Shown here: one piece after another, positions 23,473-35,190 of the stretch | Layout: each line of letters starts with the position of its first letter | Numbering within the stretch: the first letter of the stretch is position 1 | DNA from: Guillardia theta CCMP2712 | Taxonomy: Eukaryota; Protista; Cryptophyta | Assembly: GCF_000315625.1 (NCBI RefSeq) | Contig: NW_005434527.1 | Coordinates: 37,941 to 101,940, forward strand | Direction: 5' to 3' | DNA length: 64,000 nucleotides | Program-made: the position numbers and the translations under genes | The notes under the pieces: generated by a model | The model's input: the letters and a program-made list of their open reading frames with translations, nothing else | Told to the model about the DNA's origin: nothing | Databases searched by the model: none

Positions 23473-26400
23473 ATGCCATCACGCAAGGTAAAGGCAGAGG
23501 GAAATGCGGCAGGCAGCAAGGCCGGCATGTCCCACCGAAACGTTCAAGTTACCACAAGGTCTGTCCATACTTCTATGTGGATTTATATTAGGAGCCCAAT
23601 CAATAAAAGCTCCACCCTCAGAGGGGTCGAATACTCACCCCTGGTAACTTATGTGGCTGCTACAGTAGCTGCAACACCGCCGCAAGGTTTTAGTTAACTG
23701 CAGTTTTTCCCGCCCTCTGAGGCCACAAACTCTTTGCAGAGAATGCAGACACCAGCATGCGTTCGCCTGCAGACTCCGAGTGGACATTTCGATTCTTCTT
23801 CCAGAAAGATGGTTCCAAGCACCATCAACACACTATCTACTGGTGGAAAGAAGCATAGAGAAGATTTCATCTTGGCTGTAACAGAAAACAAACACAGAGA
23901 GGTTCATGTTGTGATTTGGCTCTCTTTGTTTCATCCTGAGACTTGCTCTAATATTTGCCAGATTGGAATATCATTGCTGAGCATTCGAGGAGCAACAATA
24001 CTTCTCAGTCAATTCAAGGATGACTGTATGTATTCAACGCTTTTGCATTTAATTGATACATACACCCCAACGGAGATCCTGTTGCCCCACACGATGGAAA
24101 ATAGCGGTACGGCATATGGTTGAGAAGAACTGGAATTGATACTGACAACCTAATCCCTCCTTTTGTATATAAAGCACTCCATACAGTGATTCTACAGACC
24201 GAGCATGGATTCATAGTTTTCGTCAAAAGGCATCACTGGAACGATAATAAAGGGTTAGAACAGATGAGAATCCTAGCTACCAAGGAGACAATATCCATCG
24301 AGCTTGAAGTTTCTTCAAAATATCTTGCCTTATCTTCATTTCATGCATTAATTCGGTACACGGAATTTGGGCAGGGATACTCGTATGCTGCGACAAGTTG
24401 TCGATTCGAGTACAGGTTTGAAAATAAGTCCCTAAGAATCGTTTTCGATTGTGATGTATCAGTTGCAGATGCCCAAAGGAATATTTGCAGATTGACCCCA
24501 GAACTGCTGCAAATCTTGAGATTATTCATAATGCCCGTGATGTAAAAAATGCATCCTTATTCGGAATCATGAATTTTTGTAAGACACATATGGGGCAAAG
24601 ACTGCTGCGAACAAACATGCTGCAGCCACTCAGTTACCTTTCCAGCGGAAAAATCCAAGAAAGACTTGATTTCTTGGAGATTCTTTTGAAAAACGAAGAA
24701 GCATTTTACGAGATTTCTGAAAAGTTGCCACCATTTCCTGACCTGGAGTACATTGTTACAGCGACCCTTGTGCAGGTAAACCCGTTCATTCTGATGCGAG
24801 TACGATGGTAATGATTCTTTGATCTGCAGATTCCAAAATGCGGAACACAATGCATTTCGGTTGAAAAATGCCAGTCTCTCATTTCCAAAATTCTCAACAT
24901 GAAAAATGCTCTGAACCTGGCTACTGGATTGGCGAACACTTTGAAAAAAATGAAAGGATCATGTGCCATTTTAGATAAAATGTTGGACTCACTTTCAGAG
25001 CCGAAGCTCGATTCAGTCAAAAATGCAATTGATAGAATACTAGCTGATGAATCTTTTCCAGCAAAGGGAAATATCCTTTCACAGGTGCAGCGATGCTTTG
25101 CACTGAGAGCAGGCATCGATTCATTATTGGATGTTGCGCGACAGAGTTACAATGACGTGATTGACGATATATACAATTTAGCCCAGCAATACAGGGACGA
25201 ATATGGAATTGGTTCCATCAAAGTGGTCTACAATATTCGTAGAGGGTATCATCTCAGCATGAAATCTGATATTTCTTCTCTACCCCCGATTTTCATACAA
25301 AAATCGCAAAAAGGGCATTGCACGTTGTGCACGACAGAAGATCTTGCGAGTCTTGCTAATCGCCATAATGAATCTGTGCAAGAAATATATTTGATGACAG
25401 GACGGATTCTTGAGGTTATTTAGCTGTATTACTTAAGATCAACCGATTTTGACCATCTTTAGGACCTTGTTGTTCGATTGAGGGAACATACTGGGTATCT
25501 TGCTTTGTATAGTATAATCACCTATCCATTGTGAGATTTTGCAGATGCCTCCTTGATGTTGCAGACTCAATCAGCCTCCTGGATATGCTGGTCAATGCAT
25601 CATGAACGGAAACGAGTCGATTGACCATATTTGTTCACAGCGGTCGTTTGCGCATATGATTAGTGTATCTTCGCAGCCATTTGTTAGGCCACAATTCTAC
25701 CCTGATGGACCACTTGCAATTAGACAAGGGTGATGATATGCAACCGATGAATGACAACACATGTATGTAACTTTGACCCGAACAGACGGCATCCGATGTG
25801 TGAGATTCTTGCTCCTGGGTCTTTCGTGTCAAACAATACTATGATGAAGCCCAGAACATCTAGTTCGTTTTGTGTTTTGACAGGTCCAAATATGTCTGGA
25901 AAAAGTTGTTATCTTCGCCAGGTTAACTTTGAATTTTGGAGAAGGAGGTTTCATGTTGCCTCAGGTCGCCCTCATCATCATATTAGCTCACATGGGAAGC
26001 TTCATTCCAGGTAAGGTTCAATAAGAGTTTAAGATTTGGCAATACCAGTAATTATGCATTGTCCAGCTGAATATGGATGCTTCCCTTCGATAGACAAAAT
26101 CTTTTCTAGAATTGGGACCTCGGATGATTTTGAGTCAAGTGCGAGCACTTTTTACCTTGAAATGCAAGAAATGTCGCATATAATAGGTCATGCAACGCAA
26201 CATAGTCTCATCATAATTGACGAATTGGGACGCGGAACCAGTAATCAGGATGGTATCGCAATTGCCTGGGCTTGCTGTGAGCATCTCATAAACTTGAGAG
26301 CATTGACTCTGTTTGCAACACACTATTCGGAACTTCAGCAGCTTGCATCTATCTACCCAAATGTAGAGAATTGGACGCTTTCCGTGGAAGCAACAAAAGG

Positions 26401-26811
26401 AGGACTGCAGTTCTTGTACAAGGTCATCAAAGGATTTTGTCAAGAGGGCTCATATGGAATGTAATATATGACAATGATGAAGGAGACAATCTTACTTTTT
26501 GCAAAGATATGCTGCAGAGAGCGCTTTCTTTCCCAGGGAGGTCGTCGAATCAGCAAAAGAGATCAAAGCATACTTGATGCAAGAAAAATCACGAAGCTCG
26601 ACGCATATTCAAGATAACACTGCACGACTGCAGGTATCAAAATAGACTGATTTCTTTGATATAAATAGTAATGTGCTTACATTCTGAATGCTAGGTTCTT
26701 TATTCTCTTGCTCAAAAATTGTTAGATCTGAAAAATTCCTCGCTGGAAGAGGGAGTGCTCAGGGGTGTGCTCTCCGACCTAAAAAAACGATATTTGAAAG
26801 GATACGACTGA
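23473..26811 (+). CDS. MSH4: meiosis-specific MutS homolog 4, multi-exon
   Basis: No mismatch-binding domain I; ILAVTEN..REIG, IDPRTAANLEI, RCFALRAGIDSLLDVARQSY, TGPNMSGKS, SRIGTSDDFESSASTF..EM, DELGRGTS..DG.AIAW; start uncertain. Confidence 0.9.
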
Positions 26812-28303
26812 TCAATGTTCCATGTCTTCTACAAAGTCAGCTACATCGTAATCCACGTTTGCAAAGAATAAAGCATGGGCTGGCGCCTGATTATTGATTC
26901 ATGCATGGTGCAACATGGCAATTCAATAATCGAACCATAGGCCCCGCAAACGAACGATTCTTGGCTTCCAAAATTCTTGAAATATCGTTGGGGTCTAAAT
27001 TTCCCAAACCCACTTCAAGGAGGGTTCCTACCTACTCAGAGTTCACTTCAGGAAGGGAGAACATCCTCCACGCCACTGACCAAAATCCGACACATTTTAT
27101 ACAGGAAGCCGTTGGCCTGTATAGTGAAAGTGATAAACTGATGAATTCCTTCCGAGCGCCCGAAAAACGCTTTCGTATCAATTAATGTCAGCTCAAAACC
27201 ATGTCAAAAGATTGATATGCAGCACCTGGCTCACCAATGGTCCATTGATCTTGTGCGGGGGATTCAATGATTTGCAGCTTTGATAGATTCTTGAAGGGAT
27301 TAAGACGATTTGACCTGAATTTTTAGTGTGACAGATAGCTGATACGCTTTGTCATGACCTGCTTGGATCATATTTTGTAAACGAAGTGAAGTCTCGGTAC
27401 CCGATGAGATTGTTTGCTGCCTCTCTCATCGCTTCAACATCGAGCTTATCACTTTTGACCAGCCCAAGGGCAAATCGATTTCGGAATTGTGGGTTCAAGA
27501 AAGGATTCAAGTGAAAACTATATTTTGAGAGAAAGGGGTCCTCTACTTCTGATGAAGTGTGTACCCGGTAAAGATAGGTCTGCGCACTCTTCGATAAGAT
27601 GCATCAACGAGATTCATCAGAACCTTTCTCTGGGCAGTAAATTGGGCATGCCATAGGGGACGCGAAGGACTGATCTCCAAAATTCTTATCGTCCTAGGAA
27701 GATGCCGATTGCAGCTCGTCGTCATCGCCTGCAATTGGATGTCAAGGCACACTTGTTTTGCTTGCATCAAATTTCAAATCACTTGGAGTTCTTCCAAACC
27801 ACGTCTCCGTCTGTCCGCGATATCGAAGTGGCATGGCATCCTGAGAGCGTGCACCCCTGCATCCGTCCTACCTGCCCCAGTTACCTGTATTGATTTGCAT
27901 CTGAAGGCACTCCTCAAGGCATCCTACCAGAAAGTTAGTGGCGACCGAGGGCTGCATTTCACACCTCCAGGTGATACTGGATGGTGTTGTTTGATTTCTC
28001 TTGATTCCAAGTGTGCCAACCAGAAAACGACTCACCGTCATACCTGACGATCATTCTATATCTGTTCTCCCAGCTCTCCAGTCTCCAGCCATTTTGAGGC
28101 GTGCTGGAACCTTGAACACGAAGGAGCAGGGCAGACCTCAGTCGGATAGTTTCACTCCTCATCTGACTAAGGGCTGGAGGAGAAAGAAAGCTCAATCCGC
28201 TTGAACAAGACTGAGTCAAGCAATAGGATGAGACCGAACTGTCGTGGCGATCGCACGAGAGGAGTAGGAGGAGGACAAGGCTTCTATAGTCCAGCGGTCG
28301 CAT
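26812..28303 (-). CDS. truA: TruA-family tRNA pseudouridine synthase with signal-peptide-like leader, multi-exon
   Basis: YDGESFSGW, GAGRTDAGVHA, DFTSF, ANGFLYKMCRILVGTL, APAHALFFANVDY; N-terminus MRPLDYRSLVLLLLLS. Confidence 0.9.
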
Positions 28304-28369
28304 TTCGGGAAAAGTTGTAACGGCCTAATGTAACGTACACTGATGTTGGAGCAGCCGTTGAGGACATCC

Positions 28370-29297
28370 ATGGCAGAGGAGGAGGAAGAGGAGGCAGCGC
28401 AAGAGTTGACGGAGGAGCTGATCTCGGATAGCTTATCAGGTCAGACTCTCTTTGAACATCTCTTCTCCTAGTTCCTTCTCCGTGATAATTTTCTTGCAAG
28501 GAATCGAAAGTACTATTGATGGAAAGAGTGTCGCGTTCACCACGTTGAACCTTGAAGGCAAGAAGATCGGAGACGTGTCTTCTATTGCCTTGTTGGAGCA
28601 TGTTAGATATGCCCATTTATCTCGGAATCTGATCAAGGACTTGAGCCCACTGTCAAACTTACGGTATCTCCTATCCTTGAAGCTAGACAACAATCGTTTG
28701 GAGACTGTTGATTTGGGCTTGATGTCTTTTCTGCAATTCGCTGACTTTTCAAACAACATAATTGGGTCGTGGCATGGAGTTGAAGCGCCTTTGCTTCGCT
28801 ACCTCGACTTGAGCTTCAATAGAATTCATACAGTCACCGGGCTAGAAAAGAACTCTCAATTGCAAAATCTGTTCCTGCATGGTAACGAGTTGGAGTCATG
28901 TCAAGGGGTGGCATACCCAAACATCAAGGAGATCACCCTGCACAAGAACAAGATAACAAGTTTGCAAGGTCTAAGCGCGCTTCTCAATGTGAAGAAACTG
29001 GATTTGTCGGAAAACAACCTAGTCGAGTTGCAAGGGCTTCCCGATGGAGAGCTTGTCTCTCTTCACTTAAGGCAGAACCAAATCAGCGATCTTTCTGCTG
29101 TAACTGCTATACAGGCGACAGGCTTGCGAGAGTTGAATCTTGAAGAGAATCCTGTAGCAGACAACCTGGACCGAATCAGTGTTCTTCGTGCTCTCAGCTC
29201 GCTCACCAGCTTGAACGGAGTTCCCATCACCTCCGAAGAACAAAATCTCGCTTCCCAGCCTCCGCCTGAGGAAGGTGAGCCACCTTCAAGTGATTAG
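28370..29297 (+). CDS. SDS22-type leucine-rich repeat protein, LRRC23/LRGUK-like (probably flagellar), 1 intron
   Basis: MAEEEEEE...LTEELISDSLS|GIESTIDG.SVAFTTLNL; about 9 LxLxxNxI repeats and LRR cap NPV...R..VL..L.SL..LNG. Confidence 0.8.
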
Positions 29298-29625
29298 AGG
29301 ACGCAGTGATAGAATAAACTAGCTGGAATATTCGAATTCTCCAGCTAGCACACTGCTGGTTCTCAGGCTGTGATCGCCGGGCATCACCTAGCCTGGCATT
29401 GAACAGCTAGCACAACACCTCACACAGGTGATCCTTCCACCTGTGAACCTTATTTAAGTCCTTTGTGGGGTTATGACTCGTCAGGGTAGGGTAGTACAAG
29501 TGAATAGTGGGGGTAGGGGTGATACTGAGGGTTACGACCCTCATCACTACTGAACGATGCAACTCCCCACGATGAGCCGAACGTGGAGGAGAAAGAGGAG
29601 GCGAGCAAAGTGATGATTGAGATTT

Positions 29626-29688
29626 AAGATGTCAGATGTAAGATGGTAAGATGTAAGATGTCCGATGTAAGATGTCAGATGTCAGATG
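29626..29688. repeat. 7-bp tandem repeat (AGATGTC/AGATGTA)
   Basis: agatgtcagatgtaagatggtaagatgtaagatgtc... upstream of HAD gene. Confidence 0.8.
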
Positions 29689-29786
29689 TTTGCAGGTTGT
29701 AGCATCTAGATCGTACATATTTGATATATCAGTGATTCTATACTTTGGAAAATGCAAACTTGAAATCTGACATGATTTTGTTTCAG

Positions 29787-30864
29787 ATGCGGTCCATACC
29801 TGCAGTACTGCTGATATTGTTTGTTTTCTGGGACGCTACAAACGGATTCCTGATTCAATCATCAAACAAATTGTTTTCTTCACAAGCTCCTCGAGGTTTA
29901 CACCTCAAAAGGCAAACTTCTCCTCGATTTCAGCGTCTTGTCACACAAGCAAAGCTCGGAGCGATCATCTTCGCTTGTGATGGTGTGCTGGTAGACAGTG
30001 AACGGGACGGTCATCGAGTTGCTCTTAATGCTGCACTGAAGGAGGTGCGACCTGACCTGGAATGTAGCGTCGAGGAATACGGAAGGCTCCTACAAGTTCG
30101 TGGTGAAGAGAAACTCAGCAGGTATGAGCAATATGTTCTTGGCAGTATTTTCTGACTTGGTTGATGAACAGGCTCTGGGATGAGATGGGATGGGATGGGA
30201 TGAACATGGACCTGGCAATTCAAATATATAATCGCAAATCCGAAATTTTTACCAAGATGTTGGAAGACAAGAAACTACCGTGAGGCAACATGTTACAAGA
30301 TCTCATGTGATTGACGTACGCTTCACAGTATCAGGCCTGGCGTGTTGTCCTTGGTGGATGAGGCGATTGCTGCTGGAATTCCCCTCGCAGTGTGTTCGAG
30401 CAACACTCAGAAGAACGTCGAGTTGATCATCGAAAGCATGGGCCCTCAACGAGCAAAGCATTTTTCAATCTTTGCTGGAGGCCGAGTGGTTCACCGGTTG
30501 CATGCCATGGATGCGAGAGGGCCTTGCTGACTCTGCTGGGTCTCAGGAAGCCGTCACCGGACATCTACAACCTTTGCAAGGGCTCCTTGTCCTTACACTC
30601 TGAAGACGTCGTCATTATCGAAGATGACCTGGTTGGGTTGCAAGCAGCGAAAGCGGCGCATTGTGCCTGCCTGATCACCAAGTCAACATATTCCGTCAAC
30701 GACGATTTCAAGACAGCTGATCTTGTTGTGGATGATCTCAAGGTGACCGACCTGTCTTACAAGAAATTGACGTTCTGCAACTAAAATGCATCTTTCAGAA
30801 AGGCGAAGTAGACTTGAATACAGTTTCTAGGCTCCCATTGTCCATGGTTGGCGTAAATGCTTGA
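29787..30864 (+). CDS. plastid-targeted CbbY-like HAD hydrolase, multi-exon
   Basis: Leader ...ATNG|FLIQ; FACDGVLVDSERDGHRVALN, RPGV, KPSPDIY, IEDDLVGLQAAKAA. Confidence 0.85.
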
Positions 30865-31057
30865 TCTAGAGGTTCGTGGGACTGATGGCTTCATAGAAAG
30901 AGCCACATAAACGCAAAAGCTAAGAATGAAAACATTGAACTAGATAGGAGAAATCTTGACTCGAAGCATTCATAATTGATGTTAAACTGGTCAATACCAG
31001 TCTCACGGTTGATCTGTACGGGCATCTCTACGGGCATATCTATGAACATGTTCCGAG

Positions 31058-33206
31058 TCACTGAGTCGCTCCCTTTGCCTCCACTGCCGCTGCAGGCATA
31101 GAAGCGTTTGAGTTTGCACTTTGCAAGGGGGGGGCAGGCTGAGGTGACCCCGTTGTAGGGATAGTAGAGGTGGCAAGATTTGGCATCATCCCCATCGACG
31201 GCATGGCAGGCATGTTGTTGGGCATGACTTGCTGTACGTGGAGTCAGTCGGTACCGGTAACACCTCTAGGCTTGTACTTGCCTTGTGTATCGCAGCAGTA
31301 GCAAAATGCACAGAAAGAGCATGTTGGGACTTGAAGAAGCGATTGCAGACCTTGCAGAGGATCGGCTCTCCAGTGTCATCCATCAAGTTCACCCGCCCTG
31401 TGTACGGAGATGCGGCGGAGGCCATGTGTCCACTAGCCCCTGATGCTGCGAGTCACCTGCAATCCTTTGAAAGCACAGCAACTCACCCGATGCTTGCCCT
31501 GGCGTGCTACCAGGGACAAGATCTCCCGATGATGACTTGCCGGGGTCCTGAGATATGACTGCGAGCAAATCCTGCACGACTCATGTAACTAAGATACAAG
31601 ATCTCAATGCAGCCTTTACCTCTTCTAAAATCGCATCCTCAATGTTCAATGGGACATCGTAGCCCTGAGAGTTTAGATAATGTAGCACCGCCTATGAGGT
31701 AGTATGATTTACAAGTTGACAAAGAAACAAGGATGAATAAACCTCTTCGGTCCATGGCTGTTGCCAGACATTGACTCTTCGCAAGTCTGCAGACCTGAAC
31801 AATGCATAGCGATCTATGCCCTGAGATTGGATGACCTTCAGATCCAGGGCAAGCGATGTCAGCATTTCACGAAGGAACGAAAATGGTTTTTCTGCAAATC
31901 CAGACATGAAATCGAATCTTTGTTTGCGCTCTTCGATTTGAGAGACGAGGTCTTCTATTTCTGAATCAAGCTTTGTACAAGTGGCATTCAAATCGTCAGA
32001 ATGTTTCTCGTCTACAAGGTCGCGCATTTGCTTCATGAGTGGATCGTCCATCTCCACCAAAGTCTCATAAACTGATGTAGTTGAGGTTGTAGAAAGTGAA
32101 ATCTTATGAATAATTTCCAAAGGCTCAATTTCTGTGACGATTTCGCTTAATTTATCCGAGATTCGACTGATTGGAATCCTCTCATCTCCAAGAATCGACT
32201 GAAGTTGTGAATCAAGTTTCAGATATAACGAATCTTCTTCATGCTGAATTCCATTCTTACTGATGTAGTTCCAAAACGCTACCAGAAGGCTGCTCCAAGT
32301 CCCGCTTTGCCACCCAATCAATCGCGCAAGTTCTGGACAACTTCGAAGGGAATATCGCATCGGACAGAAGCGAGGATAAAACAAAATTCTCAAGTCAAAT
32401 TCACTGTTTGCGTGTCTGGTCACTCGGAACCCTGACGGTTTCGATGCTCCCGATTGCAGAATTCCCCCTTCCTCAAGTTCGACTTGAGCCTTGTTGGACC
32501 CTGAATGATTGACATTTCTATTCCATTCGATGCAATGAGAATGTGGATAGAGGTCTGAGGGTAGGAGGACAAACAAACGATCAAAATAGGCTGTGATGTC
32601 ATGTCTTGAGGCAGCATCCGATGATCCTGCAGCCTGTTCATCCTCTACCAGCTTTCCTGCTATGTGCAAAGTCCACTTCTTGCTTGGGTTGCGTACACAT
32701 GTTGCTGATTCTTCGACTTTAGATCCCTCCTGTTCAACTCCATTGTCATGGCTTACATCCTGCTACGTAGGAGTCATTCGCAGAGAAGAGAACGGAAGTG
32801 AACTTACCACATGTTCAACTGTATTGAAAACAGCAATTTGAAACCGTTTGTAAACCTTTCTTTGAGATTTCAGTGACTCTGTAATCTCAAGAAATTTTCT
32901 TGAGCTGGAAATAATCAAGAATGTCATGGATAAATTCAAAAATCTTTTGTTGCAGACCGTATCGTATCAATCCTTCGCTCAAGCTGTTGAAGTTCATGAA
33001 ATAGCTTTGCCTCAGGCAATCTATTCCTATGAAGAGGAGGTTCATCAATGAGATCTCTGCAAATTCAAGTACCTGACTATTTCAGGAAGATTATGATCTA
33101 TCTTCTGACGCTTCCCTTTCTCCATCGCACTCTCATCTCCCTTTCCTTGGAATTTTTTGGGGGCGAACCATTTCCTGAAAGTTGCCTCGCCGTCTTCTTC
33201 CTCCAT
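31058..33206 (-). CDS. SMARCD: SWI/SNF subunit BAF60/SWP73 (SWIB domain) with C-terminal C2H2 zinc finger, multi-exon
   Basis: LPEAKLFHELQQLERRID, KWTLHIAGKL, IEW, GFRVTR, SWIB (FWNYISKNGIQ), RFDFMSGFAEKP, QPWTEEAVLHYL; further in-frame exons reach CKVC.RFFKSQHALSVH.....H. Confidence 0.82.
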
Positions 33207-33329
33207 AGCAATTTCCCGAGGAGCATCCTGAAGAGTTTCATGCTCTGCTTTAGCACGTGTTTTCAAGTTGCCCTTTTCATCAAAGAGATCTGTAGGTTTC
33301 TGGTGATATGGACGAGCCTGTAACTATGA

Positions 33330-33826
33330 TTAGCCTACGTTTGTTTCGACGAGGATCATAGAGCATTCAACATAAGTCACTACCTCTGTGGTACCAATGC
33401 ATTTGACAAATTCATTTCGCAAGTAGTCTCTTGAGACGGAGTTGCCAGCTATCCCTTGTTTGCGAAGGAATTCCCTCCAAGCCTCACCACCGAACGGACG
33501 TTCTCGCATTATCTTCACATCCCTGCATGCTTTCATTCCTTTTCGTCCAATCGTCACAGAGCTCACCTGTGAGGAAGTGTGTACCAGTCGCTGTCACCAT
33601 CGTCGAATACCACATGCCACCGGTTTCCTCCGTCGCATTCACTCAGCTTGCCAGGATACCACTTCCCATCCTCATGTAGCACGAGGACAGATGAACCAAT
33701 GGCTGGAATCCCTCCTTCACCCCACCAGCAGACCGAACTGTTATCAGGCCCATGATGACCACCAATCCATCCAGAGCTTTGTGGTGTCTCGCTATGCCGA
33801 TTGTGTGCGGGTCGGATGCGATTCAT
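33330..33826 (-). CDS. small Tudor-like domain protein (2 introns)
   Basis: IGSSVLVLHEDGKWYPGKL...WHVVFDDGDSDWYTLPHRDVKIM. Confidence 0.65.
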
Positions 33827-34084
33827 TGTCGATCAATGACAAGCATGCAGTTGCCGGATTTGATCACAGGTGCAGTAGGGAGGGGATAGCAATTGAACTG
33901 AAGGCTGAATTACAGGAAGCAGAAGGCGGGAAAGTCCAGGAGAAGAATGGAACGATGCAGGACTATTTTGAATCTGGGTCACAAAAGAAATGCAATCTAG
34001 AAATCGAGCAAGGTTATGATGGAAACCAGGAGCGATGAATGCATGGACGGCAGCGGGGAAGAGGCAGCGGCAATGAATGCGAAA

Positions 34085-34152
34085 AGGGGGAGGGAGGGGA
34101 GGGGAGGGGAGGGGAGGGGAGGGGAGGGGAGGGGAGGGGAGGGGAGGGGAGG
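34085..34152. repeat. (GGGGA)n microsatellite
   Basis: ggggaggggagggga run. Confidence 0.9.
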
Positions 34153-35190
34153 ACAGTTATGGGGCGGAGGAGGGCTGGGTGGTGAAGTTCAGTAGAGGCG
34201 GCAAGGCAGCATGGGCGGCGGGAGGGGCAGAGGAATTCAGAGAGGGGTGGGGTACTAAAGTAGAGGGGTACTTTGAGACCTTCATAGATATGCCGCGTAG
34301 AGATTTCTACCTATTCCAGAGGGGTTGGCATTTTTATAGGGTAGGGTGGCTTCAACTAGGGCGATGTAGGGTAGGGTGGGATAGGAAGGGCTAAGGTAGG
34401 GTAGGGTGGGGTTGTCACCGGGACAATCAGAGACAAGACAGAGGTCCGGGCCCCGGAGGCTGCGGATGATAAGGCAGCTGTAAGTCACATTAATGAGATA
34501 ATTGCTGCCTTTCGTCTATTTCTTATTTGAATCTTCTGAGGCAGACTTGTTCTCCGCGTGTCGTTTTTTTTTAAGGAATTGTTGGGGGTAGGGGTATCTT
34601 AGCAGGGGTACATTCAAAAGGAATGTGAGTTGCTGTCAGGGGTGGGTGTAAATTGTTCAAGAATGTGGGTTGGTGGGGTAGTTACAGCGGCAGGCGGCGT
34701 GGGCAATGCAGGATCGATGTGGAAGCGGCGCAGGGGAGGAGGGAGGAGGGGGCAGAAGAAGAGAGGAGAAGAAGAATATCAGGAAAGAAGTGAGAACAAG
34801 CTAGAGCAAAGATTAGAAGAATAGCACGAAAGATGCCTGTGAGGACAATGATGATGGAGGGCGCGGGAGCAGAGGTGTGATGTCAAGTCGAGATAGCAAG
34901 TTTAATGTCAGCGATAGGCAGTGACAATGATGTATCACCCGAATTCAGGCGTCTTGTTGTCCATTGATTGGGAAGCTTCGCGAATTGATCAGTCCTAACT
35001 GCTTTTGACCAGGATGGCATGCTGAAACACCAATCCGAAATTCGCTTGAACTGTTGCTGATAGCTTTCGTCTAGATCTCAAACGCAAAGGTAAATGTACA
35101 TTACAGCTAGCTTCTGAATCTTGACGTGATCTCTCAGGGGCGAGACCAGCCGCTTGATTGATTCTATAAGTGTTTGTGTTGGACTTAACA

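Noticed and set aside
22800-23528. Long Pro/Ser/Leu-rich ORFs (333 aa, 274 aa) across the gap
   Set aside because: Translation of purine/pyrimidine low-complexity DNA and Ns; only the PDZ part from 22751 is credible
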